A stretch of 64,000 nucleotides of DNA from contig CBDCNB010000003.1 in assembly GCA_965219315.1 (NCBI GenBank), positions 1,894,463 through 1,958,462 on the forward strand. The letters are read 5' to 3'. Source of the DNA: Bryobacteraceae bacterium (GTDB lineage Bacteria; Acidobacteriota; Terriglobia; Bryobacterales; Bryobacteraceae). The position numbers were made by a program, and so were the translations under genes. Numbering within the stretch: position 1 is the stretch's first letter; each line of letters opens with the position of its first letter. Under the pieces are notes generated by a model, which saw only the letters and a program-made list of their open reading frames with translations, ran no database searches and was not told the origin of the DNA. Of this stretch, positions 10,501-19,700 are shown one piece after another.

Positions 10501-11556
10501 GGCACCCCGGTGCGCCTCACCGGCGAAGATGTCGCTCGCGGTACGTTTACGCAGCGCCATCTCGCTTTCCGGGACTACGAAAGCGGAGAACCATACATCC
10601 CACTCCAACATCTCGATTCCAAGCAAGCCAAATTCGAGGTGGTCGATAGCCTTCTGAGCGAGTATGCTGCTATGGGCTTCGAGTTCGGCTTCAGCGTGGC
10701 CGATCCGCTCACTCTCGTTCTATGGGAGGCGCAGTTCGGTGATTTCGTCAACGGGGCTCAAATCACCATCGATCAATTTATCGTCTCCGCGGAGGCAAAG
10801 TGGAATCAACCGAGCGGCTTGGTTCTGCTGCTGCCGCACGGTCTGGAAGGCCAGGGTCCGGAGCACTCTAGCGGACGCATCGAACGTTTCCTGCAAGCCT
10901 GTGCCGAAAACAACATCCAGGTCTGCAACTGCACCACGCCTGCCCAGTACTTTCATCTTTTGCGGCGTCAGATGTACGGTGGCAAGGACCGGCGCGGCAT
11001 TCGTAAGCCTCTGATTATTTTTACCCCCAAATTCCTGCTGCGGTTTGCCAAAGCGGCCTCACGGTTGGAGGAACTGACCAGCGGCTCCTTTCAAGAGGTG
11101 GTCGGAGACTCGCAGTATATCGGCGATCACGTGCATCGCGTTCTGCTTTGCTCCGGAAAGATCTACTACGACCTTCTCAATAAGCGCGATGAACTTGGCC
11201 GGAACGACGTTGCCATTATTCGCTTGGAACAGCTTTATCCGTTTCCCAAACAGCGAATATCGGATATCCTGCTTCGCTACTCCGATGCGGCGGAATTGTT
11301 GTGGGTACAGGAGGAGCCGGAGAACATGGGCGCTTGGACGTTCATGAATCAGCAGATGCAGGGCATTCTCCATCCAGATGGAAACAGTAAGCCGTCACGT
11401 CGGTACTTGCGCTATCTGGGCCGGGCAGCCGCCGCAAGTCCCGCTGCGGGTGCGCATAAAGTCCATCACGATCAGCAGGAGTGGATCGCTAATGAGGCGT
11501 TTGCCGACGTACCCGGGGTGGTTCGCAAATCGCGCCGCTTAGTCCGCAGGAAGTAG
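7564..11556 (+). CDS. sucA: multifunctional 2-oxoglutarate dehydrogenase E1 fused to an E2-like acyltransferase domain (OdhA/Kgd type)
   Basis: 1330 aa. Conserved N-terminal helix (NSWLEDELYHQY), a Pro/Ala/Ser-rich linker, an E2 catalytic-like core with DHRIIQGAE, then the ThDP-dependent E1 body to the C-terminus. Confidence 0.9.
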   Translation: MPQSTDPALGINSWLEDELYHQYQFDRKSVDAGWSDLFLHHANGSPSGQSNGTPGSPGNNDSYPSTSVAEVKDQLAATALLERPPDDEPPAGDPPSEEPPMEEPPGEPAPTPQEGQSVREEKTSPPMVTSGSSAPAAVANSASAALPSPASTAVAKTTAAQPARQTENSVGAADQLIPLRGAAARIAENMTASLAIPVATSQRQVPVRVIEENRNTINQQRALQGRSKLSYTHLIAWAIVKAIKSNPSLNHAYEEKEGQPFRVTRTQVNIGLAVDVPAKDGTRSLKVPNVKHAEGMSFAQFVSAYDDIVARARANKLQIADFEGTTISLTNPGTVGTLGSVPRLMPRQGAIIATGSIDYPAEFAAVTEENRAMLGLSKVLMITCTYDHRIIQGAESGLFLAKLQQLLQGEDGFYEGIFRDLKIPYMPVRWQTDQQLSPSRYAALNTDVAKEAAVIQLINAYRIRGHLLANTNPLGNDPAYHAELDPASYGLSIWDLDRPFLAGAVKAPSGAIASYMQPYETLREILDRLRFTYCGAIGAEYMHIQDPQQKQWLQDRMEATMNLWKLDGGVRQRVFNRLVQAEEFEHFLQSRFVGQKRFGLEGLESTIVVLDEILEKAANQHAHEAVIGMAHRGRLNVLTNVVGKPLSQVFSEFEGEGDPQSVQGSGDVKYHLGASGIHRSSEGKELLVSVAFNPSHLEAVNPVVEGLVRPKQDRIGDTARERVIPILIHGDAAFIGQGIVAEVLQLSQLEGYTTGGTIHVVTNNQIGFTTNPLDGRSSIYCTDVALTVQAPIFHVNGDDPEACLRVSQLAYDYRQRFKRDVVIDVIGYRRQGHNEADDPSYTQPVMYRKIKATPTVATQYTERLVREKFLTPEQANQARTQVRARLNEAFDQAKKRREEFIIEEFAEAPSEQVFQPIPSTAADENILSKVVERCTSLPEEFHLHPKLKSLLDKRRESIKGGQIDWGFAETLAFGSLVLEGTPVRLTGEDVARGTFTQRHLAFRDYESGEPYIPLQHLDSKQAKFEVVDSLLSEYAAMGFEFGFSVADPLTLVLWEAQFGDFVNGAQITIDQFIVSAEAKWNQPSGLVLLLPHGLEGQGPEHSSGRIERFLQACAENNIQVCNCTTPAQYFHLLRRQMYGGKDRRGIRKPLIIFTPKFLLRFAKAASRLEELTSGSFQEVVGDSQYIGDHVHRVLLCSGKIYYDLLNKRDELGRNDVAIIRLEQLYPFPKQRISDILLRYSDAAELLWVQEEPENMGAWTFMNQQMQGILHPDGNSKPSRRYLRYLGRAAAASPAAGAHKVHHDQQEWIANEAFADVPGVVRKSRRLVRRK

Positions 11557-11560
11557 TTCC

Positions 11561-12835
11561 TTATCTCGTACGAAGCGTGGCTTCGATTGTGTCGCAAGCC
11601 ACGCTTACGCCGTCTTCGTTTTCTATCTTCGACCCCAGGATGTTGGCAGCCACCGCATAGCTTTCGTCGCCCAACAACTTTTCTAACGCAGCCGCCACTT
11701 TCGCTGCCTTGTATCGGCTTCGCTTCAGACTGCGGCCTACCCCCAACTTTCGGATACGAAAAGCATTGTCGGGCTGGTCATGCGCCCAGGGAACCACGAG
11801 CATCGGATGGCCGGCACGTAACGCTTGCGCGGTAGTGCCCACTCCACCTTGATGGACCGTGGCGGCGGCTCTCGGTAAGAGCTCTGAATAAGGCGCATAG
11901 CGGGCCGCATAGATCGAGTCGGAAGCACTCGACTCCACGGAGGCCTGGATGCCCACCAGCAAAACCGCCCGGACACCCAGTTTCTGCGCAGCTTTCTTGC
12001 TTTCCTCGAAAAAAGATCCGGGAGCCATTACGGCCGACGATCCCAACGTAAACACAACCGGAGGAGGACCCGCATCGAGAAACTCCAGTAAGCCCGAATC
12101 CATTTCCGTATTGGAGCTATTCTCTCGATCGAAAAACGGAAATCCGGTGCAAATGACGTTTTCGGGCCAATCTGGTTGCGGTTTGGCGAAGTGACCGGAA
12201 AACAAGGCCAGTGTTCCCCAAGGCGAAAACTGTCCTTCGAACATCGGGTTTAATCCGTCATCGGGTAACCCGAGCTCCCGTCGAAGCTCCATCACCGGCT
12301 CTGCCCAACGCGATGTGACGCGCTTTCCATAAGCAAAGGCGGCCTCTAGTACGCCCGGACCTAACAGCCGTAGATAGCGCAGCCAGGGAGCAGGTGCTAA
12401 AACCGGCGGATCGTGCTTGGAAAGAAACACAACGGGCTGCAGCGCCACTGAGAGCCAAGGCAGCTTTTGTTGGGCGGCAACCAGCGGGCCTGCATAACCG
12501 ACGGTATGCGTCAACAGCAAATCGGCGCCGTGACAAGCAGCGGCCAAGTCCTCGTAGCCCTCCTTCACGCGCGGCATGAGGTATTCGCGTACTAAATACT
12601 CGGTCCCGAGCTTCGGATGCCAAAGCTTTTGAATAAATTCCTCATTGCCCAGCAGTTCGCCGACATCGGGCCGCACCGGATGAAACCCGATGCCCTCGTC
12701 TTCGACCTTGGACCGGTACACCTCCGATGTGGCGATTTCCGCCCGATGGCCCCGCTCCCGTAATCCGATTGCTACCGCTAAATAAGGATGAAGATCACCA
12801 AACGATCCAAATGTATTCAGGACAATGCGCGCCAC
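11561..12835 (-). CDS. GT1-family (GT-B, MGT/UDP-glycosyltransferase-like) glycosyltransferase
   Basis: N-terminal GSFGDLHP and C-terminal nucleotide-sugar motif HQGGVGTTAQALRAGHPMLVVPWAHDQPDNA. Confidence 0.8.
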   Translation of the reverse strand: MARIVLNTFGSFGDLHPYLAVAIGLRERGHRAEIATSEVYRSKVEDEGIGFHPVRPDVGELLGNEEFIQKLWHPKLGTEYLVREYLMPRVKEGYEDLAAACHGADLLLTHTVGYAGPLVAAQQKLPWLSVALQPVVFLSKHDPPVLAPAPWLRYLRLLGPGVLEAAFAYGKRVTSRWAEPVMELRRELGLPDDGLNPMFEGQFSPWGTLALFSGHFAKPQPDWPENVICTGFPFFDRENSSNTEMDSGLLEFLDAGPPPVVFTLGSSAVMAPGSFFEESKKAAQKLGVRAVLLVGIQASVESSASDSIYAARYAPYSELLPRAAATVHQGGVGTTAQALRAGHPMLVVPWAHDQPDNAFRIRKLGVGRSLKRSRYKAAKVAAALEKLLGDESYAVAANILGSKIENEDGVSVACDTIEATLRTR

Positions 12836-12860
12836 AGTTTTATCGTCTTCGAGGGCGTGT

Positions 12861-13451
12861 CTACGCTGTTAACGGGTGAGCGTTACGGCCGAAGCGCCGC
12901 TTGAGAAGACGCGAAATCCAGCGCAAAAACAAGAAGGTGGCCGCGATTGCCAAAAGCACAATGCCGATTAGAACCGCTGGATGGACCACCATCAGTAATG
13001 TTCCGCCAATTGTCAGCGCATCGCCCAATAAGCTGAAAATAAAATTAGAAAAAGGTTCCGGCGACGTGTTTACCGCCAGACGTGTTGCTGAGGTTGCGCT
13101 GTGAGAACTCAACGCGATCCCGCCCCCTATTAACAAGGCCAACAGCCGAATTTGCGGGTCGAAGTGTCCAAAGGCTGTCGCAGCCAGGATCGCACCCGCA
13201 GGGACACGAATAAACGTATGTACGGCGTCCCAAACAGAGTCGACCGCCGGAATTTTATCGGCAATAAATTGAAGGAGATAGAGCACTCCTGCCAAGCCGA
13301 TCACCCAATCTTGACTCAAATATCCAAGGTCGCCCGGAAGATGCGCCAAGTGAAGTCGCTGCAAAAGTCCCAAGGTCAGAACCGTTGCATAGAGATTGAT
13401 TCCCGAGAGCCACGCCGAGCCCATGGCAAAGCCCAGCGTTGTTAAGTCCAT
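12861..13451 (-). CDS. DUF4126 family membrane protein
   Basis: Polytopic, with the characteristic FIADKIPAVDSVWDAVHTFIRVPAG motif. Confidence 0.7.
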   Translation of the reverse strand: MDLTTLGFAMGSAWLSGINLYATVLTLGLLQRLHLAHLPGDLGYLSQDWVIGLAGVLYLLQFIADKIPAVDSVWDAVHTFIRVPAGAILAATAFGHFDPQIRLLALLIGGGIALSSHSATSATRLAVNTSPEPFSNFIFSLLGDALTIGGTLLMVVHPAVLIGIVLLAIAATFLFLRWISRLLKRRFGRNAHPLTA

Positions 13452-13517
13452 ATATTATTTATAGCGGAAAGAAATTTGCCATCGTAATAGCCGATTATTT
13501 CCTGCTAGAATGTCAGC

Positions 13518-13781
13518 ATGTTAGCAACCAAGCGCCAGAAGCTACTTTCCGTACGGTTACCTGAAGAAGAAGTACGGCGTGTAAAGAGTCTTGCTGCTCA
13601 AAAAGGGATTAGCTTGCAAGAGGCGGTTCATCAGGCGATCAGTGCTTGGGACTCTCCTATAGCAGAAGCTTCCCTAGAATCGTTGGATGCACTACAAGGT
13701 TCCCTTGCCGACGTCGATGTCGATCTTCTCATGCGCGAAGACAGAGACTTAGAACTGGCCAAAGACCAGCGTTGGTCCTAA
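13518..13781 (+). CDS. ribbon-helix-helix antitoxin (VapB-like)
   Basis: RHH-like LSVRLPEEEVRRVKSLAAQKGISLQEAV. Its stop overlaps the PIN toxin start in TAATG. Confidence 0.7.
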   Translation: MLATKRQKLLSVRLPEEEVRRVKSLAAQKGISLQEAVHQAISAWDSPIAEASLESLDALQGSLADVDVDLLMREDRDLELAKDQRWS

Positions 13782-14194
13782 TGCCGGATTTTATCCTGGA
13801 TTCCTGGGGAATCATCGCTTGGCTGAAAGGGCAGGAGCCTGCCGCTGGAAGAATGCGTTTGTTGCTGGAAGCCGCAGAGCGTCAGGAACACCGGCTGGGA
13901 ATGAACATTATCAACTTAGGCGAAGTTTTTTACATATCCGCGAAGGCAAAAGATGTTGCCTATAGTGAGCGTTTGCTGAAGGAGTTAAAAAGGCGGGTTT
14001 CTCTTACGCCGGCGAACGACCAGATGGTGATGAATGCGGCACTTCTAAAGGCGCGGTATCCCATTTCCTATGCGGACGCATTTGCCGCGGGAACTGCGTT
14101 GCTGCATAAAGTACCTCTTGTTACTGGTGATCGGGAATTGAAGCATATGGCAGAAAGCAACAGTATGCTTCAACTTCGGTGGATCGCCGATTAG
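13781..14194 (+). CDS. vapC: type II toxin, PIN-domain ribonuclease VapC
   Basis: 137 aa with conserved acidic residues (ILDSW, GEVFY, YADAF, TGDREL). The track ORF from 13646 is over-extended. Confidence 0.85.
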   Translation: MPDFILDSWGIIAWLKGQEPAAGRMRLLLEAAERQEHRLGMNIINLGEVFYISAKAKDVAYSERLLKELKRRVSLTPANDQMVMNAALLKARYPISYADAFAAGTALLHKVPLVTGDRELKHMAESNSMLQLRWIAD

Positions 14195-14320
14195 TTCTAT
14201 CCCTCCTTCATGTAAAATGAAGATTATTTAAGCAAGCGTATTCCCTTGGTTTCTTTACCGGGGGCAGGCAGGAAATCCTACTAGATCGCTCTTGTCTAAC
14301 TTGCTAGTGAAAGGCTGTTA

Positions 14321-15880
14321 ATGTTAAAGGTCTGGACGCGCGAGCTACTGCAAGATTTTGTCCGCGATAAGCTTAACGACCATCGCCTTATTGTTGTTTC
14401 GAACCGCGAACCCTATCAACACCGCCAGACCGAAGATGAGGTAAGGTGCATTGAGCCTGCAGGCGGCGTCACCGCAGCGTTGGATCCGGTCATGCGTGCA
14501 TGTGGAGGACTCTGGATCGCTCATGGAAGCGGCACTGCGGACCAGCAAACCGTGGACCGCGCCGATCACGTTGCCGTGCCGCCCGAAAATCCCGAATATC
14601 AACTTCGCCGTATTTGGCTTTCGGAAGAAGAAGAAGCAGGATACTATGGCGGGCTGGCAAACCAGGGTCTCTGGCCCCTGTGTCACGTCGCCTTCACCAA
14701 GCCTAACTTCGATCCCGATCATTGGCGCATGTATCGCACCGTCAATCAGCGCTTTGCCGATGCCGTTGTGGAAGAAGCCAACGGGGAACCTACTTTTATC
14801 TTTATTCAGGACTACCATTTTGGACTGTTGCCGCGCATGCTTCGCAGTGCAAACGCTAATCTGGTAATCGCTCAGTTCTGGCACATTCCCTGGCCGAACC
14901 CGGAGGTGTTTCGCGCTTTTCCTTGGCTGGAAGAAATCCTCGACGGGCTGCTCGGTAACGACCTTCTCGGTTTTCATCTCCCGGTCCACTGCCAAAACTT
15001 TCTTGACACAGTGGAACGGTCTGTTGAGGCCCGCATCGATCACGTGAACAGGAGTGCCTTCTATCGGAATCGCGCTACGTCTATAAACCCGTTTCCCATT
15101 GGCATCGATTTCGACCAGCAGATTCAAACTGCGGAATCCGAAGATGTCGCCTTGCAATTAGATCGTTGGTGGCAGGAACTATCGCTCGAAGGCAAGATGC
15201 TCGGCGTGGGGATCGACCGCCTCGACTACACTAAAGGGATTCCGGAGCGTCTGCGTGGTTTGCATCGCTTTTTTCTTGAAAATCCCGATTACCGGGGGAA
15301 ATTGGTTTTCGTGCAAATTGCGGTTCCTTCCCGCTCGAGTCTTCCTGCCTATCGCGAAATCGAGGACGAGGTCCAGTCTCTAACTACCCAAATTAATCTG
15401 CGCTGGGCCACCGAAAACTGGAAACCCATTACGCTTCTGCAAAACAACTACTCCATTCCGGAAATGATCGCACTACACCGCCTGGCGGACTTTTGCGTAG
15501 TGACTTCTCTGCATGATGGTATGAACTTAGTCGCGAAAGAGTTCGCGGCCAGCCGCATCGATGGAGACGGCGTTTTGATATTGAGTAGCTTTGCCGGCGC
15601 GGCTAAGGAAATGAAAGAGGCCTTGCTGGTGAATCCATTCTCCGTAGAGCAGATTGCGGAGGCATATCGTACTGCGCTCCAAATGCAGCCTGTCGAACGA
15701 CGCCGCCGCATGCGGAGATTGCGCGAAACCGTAGAGCAAAACAACGTATATTGCTGGGCAGGTACTTTTCTGTCGGAACAAGTTGAGATCGATTTTCCCC
15801 ATCGTCCCGGCAATCACCCCGAATCCGATCCTCCCCCGTCTCGATATAATAATGCACAAGTATTAGGAGTAACAGTATGA
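14321..15880 (+). CDS. otsA: alpha,alpha-trehalose-phosphate synthase (GT20)
   Basis: N-terminal IVVSNREPY...GGVTAALDP...WIAHGSG and full-length GT20 architecture. Confidence 0.9.
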   Translation: MLKVWTRELLQDFVRDKLNDHRLIVVSNREPYQHRQTEDEVRCIEPAGGVTAALDPVMRACGGLWIAHGSGTADQQTVDRADHVAVPPENPEYQLRRIWLSEEEEAGYYGGLANQGLWPLCHVAFTKPNFDPDHWRMYRTVNQRFADAVVEEANGEPTFIFIQDYHFGLLPRMLRSANANLVIAQFWHIPWPNPEVFRAFPWLEEILDGLLGNDLLGFHLPVHCQNFLDTVERSVEARIDHVNRSAFYRNRATSINPFPIGIDFDQQIQTAESEDVALQLDRWWQELSLEGKMLGVGIDRLDYTKGIPERLRGLHRFFLENPDYRGKLVFVQIAVPSRSSLPAYREIEDEVQSLTTQINLRWATENWKPITLLQNNYSIPEMIALHRLADFCVVTSLHDGMNLVAKEFAASRIDGDGVLILSSFAGAAKEMKEALLVNPFSVEQIAEAYRTALQMQPVERRRRMRRLRETVEQNNVYCWAGTFLSEQVEIDFPHRPGNHPESDPPPSRYNNAQVLGVTV

Positions 15881-16719
15881 CAAAAACCGTCGCCGCGTTT
15901 TCCAATCATGGGACATCAATACATCCGATTGCGATCCTCGACAATTTGGCTTCTATTGAAAAACAAATAGCTGGTGCCTCGCGCCTAGCTGTTTTCCTCG
16001 ATTTCGATGGCACCCTTTCGCCGATCGTTCCTAAGCAGGAAGACGCAATAGTGGATCCGGAAATTCGGCCGGTGCTCGAGAAACTAACCGAGCGGGACGA
16101 CATGGATATCGCTATTATCAGCGGGCGCGCCATGGCCGACGTGCGTCAACGGGTAGGGATCGAAGGTCTGCTTTATGCCGGTAATCATGGCCTGGAGGCG
16201 GAGAGCAATACCATCAGCTTCCGTAACCCCGAAGCCAACGCCATGCGCCGCGAGTTGAAGTGTACTTTATTGCAACTGAAACTGGCTCTTAGCGATAACG
16301 ATGGCCTGGAAATCGAAGATAAAGGCCTAACACTTGCTGTTCACTTCCGTCGTGTCACCGAGCACATGCACGATTGGGTGCGTAGTGTTACGTTCAGCAC
16401 TGTCGGACGTTCCCGCTCGTTTCTTTGCCGCGAAGGCAAAATGGTTATCGACATAAAGCCGCAGATCGAATGGCATAAAGGCTACGCCGTTCAGTGGATT
16501 TTAAAGGAAATTCTGCCTTCCGGCGCCCTTCCGTTATACATCGGCGATGATGTTACTGATGAAGATGCATTTGCCGCGATTCGCGAAGGGATTACTATCA
16601 AAGTCGGGGATCCTATCGAAACCGAGGCACATTACACGCTGCCTGACGTTCCTTCGGTAGGCCAATTTCTGAACTGGTTAAATCACGCGAAACCGCATGA
16701 ATCACTCGCAACTGCTTAG
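15877..16719 (+). CDS. otsB: trehalose-phosphatase (HAD family)
   Basis: HAD motif I LDFDGTLSPIV and C-terminal YIGDDVTDEDAF. ATGA overlap with otsA. Confidence 0.9.
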   Translation: MTKTVAAFSNHGTSIHPIAILDNLASIEKQIAGASRLAVFLDFDGTLSPIVPKQEDAIVDPEIRPVLEKLTERDDMDIAIISGRAMADVRQRVGIEGLLYAGNHGLEAESNTISFRNPEANAMRRELKCTLLQLKLALSDNDGLEIEDKGLTLAVHFRRVTEHMHDWVRSVTFSTVGRSRSFLCREGKMVIDIKPQIEWHKGYAVQWILKEILPSGALPLYIGDDVTDEDAFAAIREGITIKVGDPIETEAHYTLPDVPSVGQFLNWLNHAKPHESLATA

Positions 16720-19700
16720 CGGGCTGGAAGATGATCCACTTTGGTATAAAGACGCAATCATTTACGAAGCCCATGTCCGTGCCTTCTCTGATAAAAACGC
16801 CGATGGCATGGGAGACTTTCGTGGCTTGGCCGACAAGCTCGACTATCTTGACGACTTAGGCGTAACCGCCATTTGGCTGCTGCCTTTCTTTCCCTCGCCT
16901 TGGAAAGACGATGGATACGACATTGCCGATTTTCGAAATGTTCATTCAGCCTACGGCACGCTCCGCGACTTTCAACACTTTTTGAAGGAGGCCCATCGTC
17001 GAGGTCTGCGCGTCATTACGGAGCTGGTCGTCAATCATACTTCCGACCAACACGATTGGTTTCAGCGTTCGCGTCGTGCGCCCGCCGGTTCGCGATGGAG
17101 GGATTTCTATGTTTGGAGCGACTCGCCCGACAAGTACTCGGATACGCGTATCATCTTCAAGGATTTCGAACCTTCGAACTGGAGTTGGGATCCGGTCGCG
17201 AAAGCCTATTACTGGCACCGCTTTTATTCGCACCAGCCTGACCTCAATTTTGATAATCCACTTGTTCGTCGCGCCATCATGCGGACGCTCGATTTCTGGG
17301 CGGATATGGGTGTCGATGGCTTCCGCTTGGACGCGATCCCTTACCTGTACGAGCGCGAGGGTACAAATTGCGAAAATCTTCCCGAAACGCACGCCTTCCT
17401 GAAGGAACTACGCGCGCACCTCGACGAGGCTTATCCCAATTTGATGCTGCTTGCGGAGGCCAACATGTGGCCGGAAGATGCCGTTGCTTACTTTGGCAAG
17501 GGTGACGAGTGCCATATGTCGTTCCATTTTCCGCTCATGCCACGCCTCTTTATGGCGCTGCGACTGGAAGAGAGACTACCGATCATTGAAATTCTGCGCC
17601 GTACGCCGGAGATTCCGGAGACTTGCCAATGGGCCATGTTCCTCCGCAACCACGACGAGCTCACGCTGGAAATGGTCACTGACGAGGAGCGCGACTACAT
17701 GTATCGCGTCTATGCAGCCGACCAGCGCGCCCGTATCAATCTTGGTATTCGCCGCCGCCTGGCCCCGCTCCTGGGCAACGACCGCCCGCGTATCGAAGTA
17801 ATGAATGCGCTGCTGTTCTCCATGCCCGGAACCCCCGTTATCTATTACGGCGACGAGATCGGCATGGGTGACAACGTTTATCTTGGCGATCGCAATGGCG
17901 TTCGTACGCCCATGCAATGGAGCCCCGACCGCAACGCCGGCTTCTCCGCCGCCAACCCGCAGAAGCTTTATCTGCCGGTCACCATCGATCCTGCTTACCA
18001 CTATGAATCCCTGAACGTGGAAGCGCAGCAGGATAACCCGCACTCGCTGCTGAGCTGGATGAAGCGCCTGATCGCGCTGCGTAAGCAATATAAGGCCTTC
18101 GGCCGAGGTACATTGGAGTTCCTTTCGCCCTCCAATCAGCGTGTCGTTGCCTACTTCCGTCGCTACGAAGATGAAGTCATTCTAGTGGTAGCGAATCTTT
18201 CCCGTTTCGCCCAACCTGTCGAGCTCGATCTGCATCGTTACAAAGGCTATACGCCCGTGGAAATGTTCGGCCGCACCGATTTTCCATTAGTCGGCGACGG
18301 CTACTATCCCGTCACGCTTGGCCCGAACTCTTTCTACTGGTTTGCCTTAGAGCAGCGCGCCGTTCCCGTCACTCGGTCCAACCCTTCAGTGGAGGACGGA
18401 CGGCTTGACATCCCGATTGTTGCTGTTCCTAATTTAGCCGGAATCTGGCATGAAAACGTTCGCGCAAACATTGCGTCGATTCTGCCCAAGTACATCTACT
18501 CGCGCCGTTGGTTCAAAAGCAAGGAACGCCGCTTCCGTTCCGTCGGCATTGCCGATGTAATTCCCGTTAGCGCGGATCGCTATGTTCTGCTTCTCGTCCG
18601 CATCGAATTTACTGCAGGGGATCCGGAAACCTATCTGCTCCCGGTCGGTTCCGCCCGCGGCGACGAAGCGCAGATCCTCAGCGCCGATCATTCCGATTGG
18701 CTGATCGCCGAGGTCCGTGCCGCCGATGGCAGCCGTAAATTTCTTTATGATGCGACCAGCAGCGATGAGTTCAGCAGTGCCATATTGGAAGTGTTCGCTC
18801 GGCGCAAGCGTCTCACCGGCGAAGCTGGCGTACTTACTGGTCAGCGCAATCGCGTCTTTCGCCGCATTTGGGGAAGCACTCATCCGAATCTCGAGCCCGT
18901 TCTAGAGCCCTCCTCGGAAGTCGATACTTCCATCCGGTTTGGAGACCGATTCATGCTCAAGCTATTGCGTCAAATTCAAGCCGGCGCCAATCCCGGCGTA
19001 GAAATGGGCCACGTACTGACTGAGCAGCATTCCTTCGCCAACGCCGCTCCTTACACCGGAGACTTAACTTACCGCAACACCGCCGTCGGCACCGAAGCCG
19101 TTTTCGGAGTTCTTCATGGCTACGTTCCAAATGATGGCGATGCCTGGCACTACACGCGCGATCATCTAGACGATTTTCTCGACCGCATGCAAGCTCCAGG
19201 GCATTCTCGCGCCGACGTGGAAAAATCCGCACCGATCAACTTCTATGATCTCAGCTTCGCTTTGGCTGAGCCGCCCGATCTGGCGAAGGAACTCATCGGC
19301 TCCTATCTTCCTTTCGCCGAAACGATGGGTACGCGGATAGCCGCCATGCATGCGCTTCTCGCCCGGCCCACCGCCGATCCCGCTTTCTCACCGGAGCCCT
19401 TCACCGACTTCTACCGGCAAAGTCTTTATCACAGCTATGTCGGACTGACGGATCGGCGGTTTGAATTTCTCCGCCAGCGTTATGGCGACATGGAGCCCGA
19501 CATTCGCATGATGGCAACCCGGGTCCTTGAGCAAGCAGACGCCGTCGCCGCCCGTTTCCATCAGCTTTACGCACAACGTATCTATTCGCTGCGTACGCGC
19601 TATCACGGCCGACTCCACCTCGGTCACTTGCTGGTAAACGGCGACGATGTCACTATGGTCGACTTCGAGGGCGATCCTACTCTCTACGTCAGCGAGCGCC

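Noticed and set aside
14345-15157. 270-aa ORF antisense to otsA
   Set aside because: It has no motifs and lies wholly within the clear GT20 coding frame.
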